From: Promethearchaeota archaeon
GTDB lineage: Archaea > Asgardarchaeota > Lokiarchaeia > Sigyniarchaeales > SOKP01
Length of the DNA stretch: 45,289 nt
Direction: 5' to 3'
Assembly (NCBI GenBank): GCA_048938895.1
Contig: JBHLLU010000014.1
Location: 1 to 45,289 of the forward strand
This document shows positions 9,013-19,348 of this stretch, piece by piece. Each line of letters opens with the position of its first letter. The first letter of the stretch is position 1. The translations under genes and the position numbers were made by a program. The notes under the pieces were generated by a model that had not been told where the DNA came from, did no database searches, and saw only the letters and a program-made list of their open reading frames with translations.

Positions 9013-9897
9013 ATGAAATTAGAACCTGAATGTATTGGATGTATTTTTAACCAAGTACTAAAAGCTTTTGAATTACTTGATCCTGAAATTTCTCATGATA
9101 TTATCATTGCTGCTCAAAAAAAATTAATGGAATTCCTTGTTAAATTTGATGTAAAATCTGATGCTTCTCCAATATTAGGAAAAATTGCATATGGAATTGT
9201 TTCAGAAATCTTAGATGATCCGGATCCATATTTAGCTTTAAAACAGGAAAGTAATAAACTTAGTTTGGAGCTATTTGGAGATGTTAAGAATATAGTAGAT
9301 AATGCGGTTGATCCTCTATTCGAGGCAATTGTAGTTGCTGCGCTTGGTAATACTATTGACTTTGCCAGTCAACACAAAATAGATTTAATTTCAGATATAG
9401 AAAATTTTAATCCTGAGGATTTGGTTATCAATGATTATACTAAATTCAAGAACTCATTAGAAAATGCTAAGCATTTATTAATAATTGGAGATAATGCGGG
9501 GGAGATAGTGTTTGATAAACTTCTAATTCAGGTTATTAAACAATTTTATCCAGATCTAGAAATAGTCTACTCAGTAAGATCTGCACCCATCATAAACGAC
9601 GCTACAATTGAAGATGCTAGAGTTATTAGGCTGACTGAATTAGTTCGCGTGATTGAATCAAGTCCTACTCCAGGGATAGACTTAAGTTCTTCTACAGAAG
9701 AGTTTAAAGATCTATTTTTTAGGAATGATGGTGTAATTTTATCTAAAGGACAAGGAAATTTTGAGAGTCTCTATGGGATTGAGATTCCCAATAAGGATGT
9801 TTACTATTTACTTAAGGCAAAATGTAATTTAATGGAAAGGATTTTTGACGTAAAGATGGGAGATTTGATTTTCAAGAAAAAGACATTAGATTTTTAA
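9013..9897 (+). CDS. Damage-control phosphatase, ARMT1/DUF89 family
   Basis: ECIGC N-terminus, DPY...K, GNTID, DNAGEIVFD, PIINDAT, SKGQGNFE, LLKAKC. Confidence 0.92.
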   Translation: MKLEPECIGCIFNQVLKAFELLDPEISHDIIIAAQKKLMEFLVKFDVKSDASPILGKIAYGIVSEILDDPDPYLALKQESNKLSLELFGDVKNIVDNAVDPLFEAIVVAALGNTIDFASQHKIDLISDIENFNPEDLVINDYTKFKNSLENAKHLLIIGDNAGEIVFDKLLIQVIKQFYPDLEIVYSVRSAPIINDATIEDARVIRLTELVRVIESSPTPGIDLSSSTEEFKDLFFRNDGVILSKGQGNFESLYGIEIPNKDVYYLLKAKCNLMERIFDVKMGDLIFKKKTLDF

Positions 9898-9899
9898 AT

Positions 9900-10403
9900 C
9901 TATGCTTGATCCTCTCTTAATTTTTTAATTGCATCAGTAAAGAATCCAAAATCTCCAATTTCCGTTTCTTCTTCATTTTTTAATTTTAGATAATATTCTT
10001 CAATTTGTTTAGATAAAATATTTTTAAACGACTCAAATTGGCTAATTTCAGCAGCATCATTTTTAATTTCTGTTCTGTAAAGAGTATAAAACATATCCAG
10101 TGATTTCTCCGCTTCCTCTCTTATATCATGCCTAACGAATTCCTTATCAAGAATAGCTACAAATATTAGGTTATATTTATAAACAATAATCATATCAACA
10201 TCAAGACCCTTGATGTTAATCTCTTCTATTTCTCCCAGATTATTCCCAAATAAACCTAATGCCCCAACAAAAGAAGATAATAGAACAGGATCAATTTTTG
10301 AATCTAAAATAAGATCTAATAAATATTCTCCAGACTCTTTACATATAACAATTCCCTTCACTAGGTTATAGTTATCAACAGAAATTTTTATCCCTGTTAT
10401 CAA
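9900..10403 (-). CDS. Longin/roadblock-like domain protein (Asgard type)
   Basis: GIVI..ESG..L / IDPVLLSSFVGAL..FG..LGEIEEI / LIFVAILD profilin-like-fold pattern typical of Lokiarchaeal longin-like proteins. Confidence 0.6.
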   Translation of the reverse strand: MITGIKISVDNYNLVKGIVICKESGEYLLDLILDSKIDPVLLSSFVGALGLFGNNLGEIEEINIKGLDVDMIIVYKYNLIFVAILDKEFVRHDIREEAEKSLDMFYTLYRTEIKNDAAEISQFESFKNILSKQIEEYYLKLKNEEETEIGDFGFFTDAIKKLREDQA

Positions 10404-10521
10404 AACTTTTACTACCTATTTTTATAATGTAAAATAAAACCTTTTAAATGTTCCTTTAAAATTAGATGTGTTATCTGTGAAATAGATCAAAAATGAAAAT
10501 ATAAAAAAAAAGCAGGACTAA

Positions 10522-11379
10522 TTATTTTTCTAATATTTCTCTTATTTTAGATACAATGTCTTTAAATGATTTTGTAGCTTTATTATCAGGATACTTCAAT
10601 ATAAATGGTAATCCAAGATCTCCTTGAATAGCTACTTCTACTTCAAAGGGTATTTTCCCCAATAATGGAAGGCTAAAATCAGTTGCGGCTTTTTCCGCTC
10701 CACCTGGAGGATATAAATCTATATATTCCCCACAATGTGGGCAGTTAAAGCCTGAATGGTTTTCGATAATACCTAGAATGTTTCTTTTCATAACCATTGC
10801 CATTTTCATTGTTTTACGCGCATCCATTAATGCTACTTGTTGTGGTGTTGTAACTATTACCACATTTTCATCTGGAATTAATTGTAATATATCAAGGGTC
10901 TCATCTGAAGTACCTGGGGGTAAGTCGCATATTAAATAATCAAGTTCTCCCCATACAGCGTCACCTAAGAATTGCCTTACAGCACTCATTTTCATAGGAC
11001 CTCTCCATATCACTGGATCGTCTGGTGTTAGAGTTAAAAACGCCATACTCATTACCTTCATGTTTAAAGGTCCGTTTATAGGATAGAACTTTTTAGCATC
11101 AGCATCTACCCTTGGTTTAAGTTCGGGGTCTACACCCAGCATTTTAAGAACATTAGGTCCAGTTATATCAACATCAAGAATTCCTACTCTCAATCCAATA
11201 CTGGATAAACTCATAGCAAGGTTAACTGCTACGGTGGTTTTTCCCACACCTCCCTTACCAGAAATAATTACTATTTTATGTTTTATTTTCTCCATATTGG
11301 TTTTTATGCTTTTCTCTCGCTCATCCATCATCATTTCTTTTAAATCTATATCTGGGATTTCTTCTTCAGCCATAGACAA
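10522..11379 (-). CDS. mrp: Mrp/NBP35 (ApbC) iron-sulfur cluster carrier ATPase
   Basis: SGKGGVGKTT deviant Walker A, DVDITGP, VIWRGP, DLPPGTSD, VTTPQ, CPHC. Confidence 0.95.
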   Translation of the reverse strand: MSMAEEEIPDIDLKEMMMDEREKSIKTNMEKIKHKIVIISGKGGVGKTTVAVNLAMSLSSIGLRVGILDVDITGPNVLKMLGVDPELKPRVDADAKKFYPINGPLNMKVMSMAFLTLTPDDPVIWRGPMKMSAVRQFLGDAVWGELDYLICDLPPGTSDETLDILQLIPDENVVIVTTPQQVALMDARKTMKMAMVMKRNILGIIENHSGFNCPHCGEYIDLYPPGGAEKAATDFSLPLLGKIPFEVEVAIQGDLGLPFILKYPDNKATKSFKDIVSKIREILEK

Positions 11380-11573
11380 TCATCATTTACTTTTTATGCA
11401 TTGAAACAAATGATTTGTTATATTTTTTTGGTTAATTAATTATGAATTCTATCTTTAATTCTCTTATAATTTAATTTTTATAATCTAAACAAATTTTAAT
11501 TTCAATAAATTATGCATAACTGAAAGAAGTAATAAAAAATTTAAGGTGTTATTGAATTCCAGTAAGCAACTTT

Positions 11574-12041
11574 ATGGAACTTTACAAATTCCTGCCTAAG
11601 ACAAATTGTAAAAAATGTGGGAAACCCACGTGTATGGCTTTTGCGCTGGATCTACTCCAAGGGAAAGTCAAGATTGATGATTGCACTCCACTTCTAGAAC
11701 CGAAATATAAAAAGAATTATGAAACATTAAAGGAAATGATAGGTTCTGAGGAGGGTAAGGAAAAGGAATTAAGAATTGATGTCGATGAGGAATTATGCGA
11801 TGGTTGTGGAATTTGTGTAACAGTATGTCCTGTAAATGCAAGATATTGCTCTCCTTCATTAAGTGGTAAAGCACCAGATTATCCCCCCGAAAAACATCAA
11901 TTATTTCAAGTAAAAAATGGCAAATGTGAATTATTAAATCTAGAGCATTGCCGTAGGATTGCAGCGGAAGGTAGAGAGCGAGAATGTCGTGTTTGTGAAT
12001 CTTACTGTCCGAGGGAAGCAGTTAAGATAGATTATGTTTAA
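11574..12041 (+). CDS. fwdH: FwdH-like ferredoxin (N-terminal putative Fe-S domain plus 2x[4Fe-4S])
   Basis: LPKTNCKKCGKPTCMAFA...C, CDGCGICVTVCP, CRVCESYCP; first gene of the fwd operon. Confidence 0.75.
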   Translation: MELYKFLPKTNCKKCGKPTCMAFALDLLQGKVKIDDCTPLLEPKYKKNYETLKEMIGSEEGKEKELRIDVDEELCDGCGICVTVCPVNARYCSPSLSGKAPDYPPEKHQLFQVKNGKCELLNLEHCRRIAAEGRERECRVCESYCPREAVKIDYV

Positions 12042-12073
12042 TTTTCAGACTATATTTTTAAGATGTTAAAATC

Positions 12074-13378
12074 ATGGCAAGTAAGCGGGTGGAATGTACA
12101 GGTTGTTCACTCTTATGTGATGATGTAATTATTAAGACTGATGGTTTATATATTGATGAGATTATCGGCGCATGTTTAAAGGGTAAAGAAAAGTTTGATC
12201 AAGTTACAAGTAAAAATCGTATTTTATCTCCTTTACTACGAAGAAATGGGGAATTAGAAAAAATTTCACACAATGAAGCTGTAGAAGAAGCAGTTACCAT
12301 TATTAAAAGTTCTTCTAATCCTTTACTATATGGGTTTTCTACTGTCAGTTGTCAAGCTCAGTTAAAGGGGATCGAACTCGCTAGACTAACTAATGGATTT
12401 ATCGATTCTAATTCAATTATATGCCAAGGAAAAGTCCTTAATGCCGCAAAAAAAACAGGTATAACATTAACAACAATTTCAGAAGTGATTAATAAAGCTG
12501 ATTTATTAATATTTTGGGGTGCAAATGTAGCTGAATCAATACCCCGGTTATTAAACAAAACCTTATTTTCCCGTGGAAAGTTTCGAATGACGGGGAGAGA
12601 AATTAAAACCGTAATTATAATTGATCCTGTGAAGACCGCATCATTTGGAGTTATGGGAGTACGCGATGTTGCACTTAGAATCAAATCTGGGGAGGATATT
12701 AATTTAATTAGAGCTTTAAAGGAAGAATGTTGTACCCCAAATACATTTCCAACAGATGGCGTCGCTGGTCTTGATAGCGATGATCTACGAAGACTCTTAA
12801 TACAATTAACAAATGCAGAAAATGGAGTTATTTTCATAGGTCAGGGAATTGTCGGTTCTAATACGGAGTCTAATATTATTCAAGAACTACTTGATTTGGT
12901 GCAAATGATCAATATAAAACAACAAAAAGGCCGTATGGCAGTTATAATGTTAGGGGGACACTACAACATGGCAGGCTTCGACCAAGTAGCATTATCTGTT
13001 TCTGGAAGAAATCATAGTCTACAATTTTCTAATCATAAATTAGTAGATTCATCAGATACAATAATTACAAAAATTAACAATGATGATTTTGATTGTTCTA
13101 TTATTGTCGGTACAGATCCTATCTCCCACTTACCTTGGAGATTAAGTAAAAAGTTAGCTTCAAAACCCTTAATCTTGATTGACAATAAAAAATCTGCTAC
13201 ATCAAGTATAGCTGATTTAATTATTCCTTCAGCAATTACTGGAATTGAAACAGGAGGATTAGCTTATCGTTTAGATCTCATACCAATAGAATTAAAACAA
13301 TATTTAAAACCTCCAAGTAACATAGTCTCTGATGAAGAAATTTTATCTCAACTAATAAATGGTATAGAAGAAGGTTAA
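12074..13378 (+). CDS. fwdB: Formylmethanofuran dehydrogenase subunit B-like (divergent)
   Basis: CTGCSLLCDD...C Fe-S motif, ADLLIFWGAN, GHYN, GIETGGLAYRLD. Confidence 0.88.
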   Translation: MASKRVECTGCSLLCDDVIIKTDGLYIDEIIGACLKGKEKFDQVTSKNRILSPLLRRNGELEKISHNEAVEEAVTIIKSSSNPLLYGFSTVSCQAQLKGIELARLTNGFIDSNSIICQGKVLNAAKKTGITLTTISEVINKADLLIFWGANVAESIPRLLNKTLFSRGKFRMTGREIKTVIIIDPVKTASFGVMGVRDVALRIKSGEDINLIRALKEECCTPNTFPTDGVAGLDSDDLRRLLIQLTNAENGVIFIGQGIVGSNTESNIIQELLDLVQMINIKQQKGRMAVIMLGGHYNMAGFDQVALSVSGRNHSLQFSNHKLVDSSDTIITKINNDDFDCSIIVGTDPISHLPWRLSKKLASKPLILIDNKKSATSSIADLIIPSAITGIETGGLAYRLDLIPIELKQYLKPPSNIVSDEEILSQLINGIEEG

Positions 13379-13382
13379 AAAA

Positions 13383-13751
13383 ATGGAAATGTTATTAAAC
13401 ACAGTAAGGAAAGTTGATTATGATCAACTAAAAGAATATGCTCTGGGAGATGAGAATTCCTTAAAAGAAAATCTTGCAATCTGCATGATAAATCCTAATG
13501 ATTTCAAAAAACTCGGGTTAACTCCAAGTTTAAATCTCAAATTATCGAATATGAATGGAGAAGTGATAATAAAAGTCAAACAGGATGAAAATGTACCAAC
13601 AGGAACCACAGTGATGCCTGTATCAATCTGGGCTAGTCAATTAACTGGGGTCTATGATGAATCACTCGTATTCAAAAACCTTGAAGTAAATGTTGAACCA
13701 ACTCGAGAAAGGATTTTAAATATATCAGAAATATTAGAATCAATAAAATAA
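13383..13751 (+). CDS. fwdD: Formylmethanofuran dehydrogenase subunit D-like
   Basis: LLNTVR..D...INPND..KLG...GEVI...VP.G...MP.SIWA molybdopterin-dinucleotide-binding domain; lies between fwdB and fwdA. Confidence 0.85.
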   Translation: MEMLLNTVRKVDYDQLKEYALGDENSLKENLAICMINPNDFKKLGLTPSLNLKLSNMNGEVIIKVKQDENVPTGTTVMPVSIWASQLTGVYDESLVFKNLEVNVEPTRERILNISEILESIK

Positions 13752-13770
13752 TAATTAATTCTTTCAAACA

Positions 13771-15453
13771 ATGAAAATGAATAGGCTTATTATAAAAAAT
13801 GGACTTGTATACGACCCAATCAATAACATTGAAGCTGAAAAAAAAGATATCTTAGTTGAATCTGGTAAGATTGTAGAAAAATTTGGAAGTAATAAGGATA
13901 TAAAAGAAATAGATGCTACAGGAAAAACAGTTATTCCCGCAGCTATTGATATCCATACCCATGTTGCTTCTCAACAGGCTAATTGGGTACGTTTGTTAGG
14001 TTCTAATAATAAAACGTTCAATGAGACTTGGCAGGGGTTTACATTAAAAAACATCGCTAGAGATTATATCTCAATGGGTTACACTTTTATACTTGAAGCA
14101 AACGTATTCCCCTCTTTAGCAAAACAAACCATATTCAACTTTCAGCAAATCCCAGTATTGGATAAGGCTATGTTGTTAAATATTAGTAACTTTTGGCCTT
14201 TGGAACTCGAATTTCAAAGAGAAAAAACTCATGATATGGCTGTATTTCTTTCTGATCTTTTATCCAAAACGTATGGATTTGGATTTAAAATTTATAATCC
14301 TTTTGAATGTGAGATGTGGGATTTCAAAGAAATAAGAGATGATTTATCAAGTCAAGGGAGATTATATAACTTTTCTGCTCTTGATGTGTATACAAGTATC
14401 GTTAAATCTGTTGAATCCCTAGGGTTGCCACATTCTAGTCATGCTCACATTGAAGGATATGAAAATTCAATGGGAAATCAAAATTTATTCACAGTTTTAG
14501 ATAATATTAATTCATTGGGAATTGAAGCGAACCAAAAGACAAATTTAAATATTAAACGAGAACAAATTTTTCATATTGCGCATGCAAATAGTTATATAAC
14601 TGATGGAAATACTAAACAGTTAGTAGACTTTCTCAACCAACATAAGAAATTCACATTAGATCTTTCTTTTGTTGGTTTTGATGAGATAAATCCCCTAATT
14701 ACATCAGATAGAAGAAAGATAAGTTCAATGCTAACAATAGATGCTATTGATAATCCTAATCAATTAATTAGTTCTGCTGTAGAGTTTGAAGGGGATATGT
14801 TTGCTTCAATGAGAAGATTTGATAAATCTAATTATCAAGATTGTATATTATGGGCCAATGCCATAGATTTAACTTTAAATATCAAAAACAAACTACAAGT
14901 CAGTCTATCTTTAAACTTTCCAAACTATGCTAAAATTACAGATATACCCGAAATCCTTACGTGGTTGGTTAGTAAAAAATCAAGACAAAATTTTATGGAA
15001 GGAATGAATCAAAAATTTCTAAAAGATTGCAAATTATTAACCAATGATGAAGTTTTGGGTTTTGCAGAAATAATTAAAATTACCCGTGTTAGCCCAGCAC
15101 TATCCTTAGGATTAGGGAGTATAAAAGGAAATCTTGGCTCTGGTGCAGACGGAGATCTGAATATTTTAGATATAAATCTTGAAGAAACGGATATTAGTAA
15201 AGAAGTTGAGAATTTTAATAGAGCATTTACTAATATTGATTATTTAATAAAATCTGGGCAAATTATCAAGAAACAGAATGATATAAATTTAAATTTTGAT
15301 GGGTCAATTCTTTGGTCTAGTGGAACTACGAAGTTGGAAGATAGAGATTTGATTATGGCAAAAAAGAAAGAATTTTACCAAAAATATTCCTCTTTATTCT
15401 ACAAATCCTATAAAACAACAGTAAAAGATAAACTTTTAAGAAAAATAAGTTAA
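13771..15453 (+). CDS. fwdA: Formylmethanofuran dehydrogenase subunit A-like amidohydrolase (divergent)
   Basis: IIKNG.VYDP, DIHTH, Y..MGYT, GFKIYNP, LGLPHSSHAH, EFEG, ITR.SPA..LG, GADGD. Confidence 0.88.
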   Translation: MKMNRLIIKNGLVYDPINNIEAEKKDILVESGKIVEKFGSNKDIKEIDATGKTVIPAAIDIHTHVASQQANWVRLLGSNNKTFNETWQGFTLKNIARDYISMGYTFILEANVFPSLAKQTIFNFQQIPVLDKAMLLNISNFWPLELEFQREKTHDMAVFLSDLLSKTYGFGFKIYNPFECEMWDFKEIRDDLSSQGRLYNFSALDVYTSIVKSVESLGLPHSSHAHIEGYENSMGNQNLFTVLDNINSLGIEANQKTNLNIKREQIFHIAHANSYITDGNTKQLVDFLNQHKKFTLDLSFVGFDEINPLITSDRRKISSMLTIDAIDNPNQLISSAVEFEGDMFASMRRFDKSNYQDCILWANAIDLTLNIKNKLQVSLSLNFPNYAKITDIPEILTWLVSKKSRQNFMEGMNQKFLKDCKLLTNDEVLGFAEIIKITRVSPALSLGLGSIKGNLGSGADGDLNILDINLEETDISKEVENFNRAFTNIDYLIKSGQIIKKQNDINLNFDGSILWSSGTTKLEDRDLIMAKKKEFYQKYSSLFYKSYKTTVKDKLLRKIS

Positions 15454-15502
15454 CTCCAAAAATTAAAAAAAAAAGAATATTAATTATATAATTATTACAG
15501 AT

Positions 15503-18500
15503 CTACGGTATGATGAAATCCATCCAAGTAACTTCATTTTTCCAAGTCTCTATAACTTGCCAATCAGTAAGATCAAAAACTCGAATCTGATGTATTCCAA
15601 CGGGTAATTCTAAAAAGTAATAAAATCCTTCTGAGTCTGTTAGTGCAGTAAGTATTGTTCCATCCTCTAATAACAATTCTACTGTGGCATAAGCAATAGG
15701 ATTATCAAATTCATCTTTCACAAAACCTGCAATCGCAGTTTCTTTCTTTTCAAAGGCTTTAAATTCAGTTGAAGAACTATATGTGCCAGCTAAACTATCA
15801 CTATTTGCTTGAACCTCCGTGAAAAAAGTATAGTGTTCCATCCAGAATTCATCTAAAGCGTCATAAAAAGTACCTTTCAATCCATAATCTACATGAACAA
15901 CTATACGGACCATGCTACCTGGAGCAATATTTGAAATGGTTATTACATTTCCTTCGATTATACATAAGTTTGTTATCTCAAAACCATCCAAGAATATATG
16001 GAAAGGGTTCGCTCCCTTAGTGACAAAATCTGTAGGTAGGCTAACATCAATGTAGAGCATATCTATAAGTATTGGCCATACATTAGTGAATTCGATGTTA
16101 TAAAAAATTTCACCAGGATTAGTTGCAACTAGCATATAACCGTCCACACCATCTTGTTTGCATTTCCTAAAAATTACATCAAAATATTCTATTGCTTCTG
16201 ACTGTCCTCGAGAAATGTATGAACTCACATCAAGGCTGATTAATTGAACATTTAAAATATTTATAGGTTCAATATTTCCAACATTATCAACGCTATAAAA
16301 TTCAATTATGTAAGGCCCATCAAGTCCTTCGAGAGAAAATGGTCCTGTATAGGTAATCCATGTATCTCCATTAATGGAATAAAATATTTCTGCAACCCCC
16401 GAAACATCATCAGTAGCACTGAGTGAAAAAACGGTTTCTGAAACCACATATATTGTTTCTCCATCAGAGTAAAATATATCACAATTAATTTCTGTTGTTG
16501 GTGGTGTTAAATCTATGATAACAGTATAGAATTCTTCATTAGTCTCAGAGTCGTTTTCACCAGCTCTATCATCATCTCCATCTGTAACGGACACATATAC
16601 TGTGTAAATTCCAGAAGGCAAAATCAAATCATGCCAACCTGGACCAGTAATAAGCATACCATTAATCTCAATTGATATCGAAGCAATTCCACTCTCATCA
16701 GTAGCATCAATCATAAATCTATACAATATTTCTGTTCCACTCCACTCCATTGTACTTATTAGATCAAACTCTGGAGGAGAAGTATCATCATCTCCAATAA
16801 TGATTGATTCTAAATCGTCACCTAATATCTTATCACCAGCTCTGTCATTATCATTATCTTTTGCAAAAACTTGGATAGAATGACTTCCTAAGGAATTTAA
16901 TATATTATATGTTTTTGAAAAGGACCCTTCAGAGAACTTATGAATAGTTTCAAATAGTACACCATCAATATAGATAGTAACTTCATATAAGCCGCTTGGA
17001 TCATATACATTTACCATCCACTTTCCAGGATTTCCATCAGTCATATCTCCTTCGATATATTGAATATCAATAATGGGAGGATCTATATCGTCATCTTCTA
17101 TAGTATAAACTTCTGGTGATTCAAAACATTCTCGATCCCCGCTCCATCCGTCATTATCATTATTTAAAACATAGACCTTGATATCATAGACACCAGGATC
17201 AAAAATTTGAGGGTAAACTAGAATATGATAAAATCCATCTAATTCATCGTAATAACCCATAAATTCCTTAGTTACCAATATTCCAAATGGACCTTCAATT
17301 AATATAGTTGCCCAAACCGTATGAATACCAGACTCTATATCAGAAGCATCTAAAATTATTTCAAAATATCCATCACAGTCCAACATAAACCAATTATTAT
17401 GAAAATTAACAATTGGTGGAGATTCATCATCATCGACAACATTAAAAGTCAGAATATCGTGAAAATCGTCTCTATCACCATTCCAATTATCATAATCGTT
17501 ATTAAAGACCCAAATCTCTACATTGTAGCTCTTTGGAGTTCTAGGATTATCTATGTATATATGATAAAATCCGTCGGTTTCAAGGACACCATAATATCTA
17601 GTGGGTCCACCTTTGCCACTCCCAAAATCAGCATAAACTCCAGGACTATAAATGCCAGAATCTAGATCAGTTGCATCTATTATAATTTCAAAATAATCTT
17701 CAGAATCGTAAATCTCCCAATCATTGATGAAATTGACATTTGGTGGGGTAATATCATCGTCAATCACATTGAAGGATATTGCATTTACGTATTGCAAAGT
17801 GTCTCCATTCCAACCGTCATTGTCACCATCTCGAACAAAGATATCAAACCAATACAGCCCTGGTGTTTTCGGATTTGGTATTCTTATTCGATATTCACCT
17901 CCAGGACCATCATAATAAGGTAAATAATCGATCCCGCCAAATTGAACAACTATACTGCTGATTCCTGAAGCATCAGTAGCTTGAAGTATTATTTCAAGAT
18001 TTGCCTCAGAGTCATAAATCTCCCAATCATTAAAGAACACCACCTCTGGGGCAAATGTATCATCATCTAAAACCCAAAAACTAACTTGTTCGGTAGTAGC
18101 ATCAGGATCTCCAGTCCATCCATCATCATCATTATTCCATACCATTAAATCTACAGTCTTATATCCCGGTGTATATCCAAAATTATTATTTATGGTATAT
18201 TTATACCAGTAAGCATAAAGATCCTGACCAAACAGACCCCCAAATTCAATTAACACATCACCAATATATATACCATTAGAAACCTCTTGCCCATCAAAAG
18301 CAATTCTATTTCCAAGGTCACTCTCTATATCATAGCCTAATACCTCAATATCAAAAGAAACATCACCATCATAAATATAGGATGGGGAGTTAATTGGGTC
18401 AATTGTAGTAACTACATTCTCCACTGGAAGAATTGGCCCTGTTGTATCATCATCATATAATGTAACAGAATAAATTTTAGTTACCCACTTAAAAATGCAT

Positions 18501-19348
18501 TGATAATTAATCCCTGTTGTCATTGTATCATACCTGTATAGCATTTGGATGACAAAGTAAATTTCTCTTGGAGGAGAATACAATGTCCCATCAAAGGGAT
18601 CGTTCATTCCAAAAGTATACCAGTCAATTGGAAGGATTTGCTGTCCTTCTTTTGTACCACGGACATAATGAGAACCTAAGAATCCCTCATAAGGATTAAG
18701 ATCAGAAATAAATGGCAAATTATCGTAAGGATACCGATCCCAAGTTAGATATCCGGGCCAACTGCCAGGATAGGGTCCTTTGATGTATGATTCATCATGA
18801 AATTTATTTCCTCCATATATGTTGGTGTCTCCTCTATAATAATCGAGATAGCAATAGATACGGAAGCAATGTTCCATTGCTAAGGGAATGACAGTAATAC
18901 TAAATGTTGCTTCAAATCGATCATCATCGTTTCTATTGAATGTTGGAGTACCTATAAGGGGTGAGGAATGTAAAGTATCAAATAATTGATCCCTTTCTTC
19001 ATCAGAATAGGTCCCATTTGACCAACCAGCATATATCCAAGCTTGTTCATTAAGATAATAAAGCGATTCACTACTAAAACTATCTAAATCTTCTATAGTG
19101 GCATTATTTAATTCCAGAAGAAATATTCTCCATTCTTCAAAAGTATAAGGCATTGTTCCACTTTCAGAACCTGTATCTTCGGAAATTGATGAAGGATTTT
19201 CGGAAGTTATTGATAATTCTTGGTTATCATCGGTATTAAGAAGTTCAATATTTACAGAGGATTCTCCCATTCCTGTAAAAAATACGAATAAAAACAAGAC
19301 TATAAAAACACTACTTGTTATCAAAATGTATTTTTTTAAATTTTTCAT
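15503..19348 (-). CDS. Large exported/surface protein with Asp-rich Ig-like repeats, an OmpL47-like module and a C-terminal carboxypeptidase-regulatory-like domain
   Basis: N-terminal signal/anchor KKYILITSSVFIVLFLFVFFTG; repeated DDDxxPP units; SATDDVSGV..IFYSING...YTGPFSL...FYSVDNVGNIE; IAGFVKDEFDNPI..ATV...TDSEGFYYF. Confidence 0.85.
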   Translation of the reverse strand: MKNLKKYILITSSVFIVLFLFVFFTGMGESSVNIELLNTDDNQELSITSENPSSISEDTGSESGTMPYTFEEWRIFLLELNNATIEDLDSFSSESLYYLNEQAWIYAGWSNGTYSDEERDQLFDTLHSSPLIGTPTFNRNDDDRFEATFSITVIPLAMEHCFRIYCYLDYYRGDTNIYGGNKFHDESYIKGPYPGSWPGYLTWDRYPYDNLPFISDLNPYEGFLGSHYVRGTKEGQQILPIDWYTFGMNDPFDGTLYSPPREIYFVIQMLYRYDTMTTGINYQCIFKWVTKIYSVTLYDDDTTGPILPVENVVTTIDPINSPSYIYDGDVSFDIEVLGYDIESDLGNRIAFDGQEVSNGIYIGDVLIEFGGLFGQDLYAYWYKYTINNNFGYTPGYKTVDLMVWNNDDDGWTGDPDATTEQVSFWVLDDDTFAPEVVFFNDWEIYDSEANLEIILQATDASGISSIVVQFGGIDYLPYYDGPGGEYRIRIPNPKTPGLYWFDIFVRDGDNDGWNGDTLQYVNAISFNVIDDDITPPNVNFINDWEIYDSEDYFEIIIDATDLDSGIYSPGVYADFGSGKGGPTRYYGVLETDGFYHIYIDNPRTPKSYNVEIWVFNNDYDNWNGDRDDFHDILTFNVVDDDESPPIVNFHNNWFMLDCDGYFEIILDASDIESGIHTVWATILIEGPFGILVTKEFMGYYDELDGFYHILVYPQIFDPGVYDIKVYVLNNDNDGWSGDRECFESPEVYTIEDDDIDPPIIDIQYIEGDMTDGNPGKWMVNVYDPSGLYEVTIYIDGVLFETIHKFSEGSFSKTYNILNSLGSHSIQVFAKDNDNDRAGDKILGDDLESIIIGDDDTSPPEFDLISTMEWSGTEILYRFMIDATDESGIASISIEINGMLITGPGWHDLILPSGIYTVYVSVTDGDDDRAGENDSETNEEFYTVIIDLTPPTTEINCDIFYSDGETIYVVSETVFSLSATDDVSGVAEIFYSINGDTWITYTGPFSLEGLDGPYIIEFYSVDNVGNIEPINILNVQLISLDVSSYISRGQSEAIEYFDVIFRKCKQDGVDGYMLVATNPGEIFYNIEFTNVWPILIDMLYIDVSLPTDFVTKGANPFHIFLDGFEITNLCIIEGNVITISNIAPGSMVRIVVHVDYGLKGTFYDALDEFWMEHYTFFTEVQANSDSLAGTYSSSTEFKAFEKKETAIAGFVKDEFDNPIAYATVELLLEDGTILTALTDSEGFYYFLELPVGIHQIRVFDLTDWQVIETWKNEVTWMDFIIP
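16500..18460 (-). repeat. Six degenerate ~95-130-aa tandem repeats within the surface protein
   Basis: Units begin DDDTTGP, DDDTFAP, DDDITPP, DDDESPP, DDDIDPP, DDDTSPP and each carries a late (N/D)(N/G)DxDxWxGD or D(N/G)DxDRAG loop. Confidence 0.8.
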
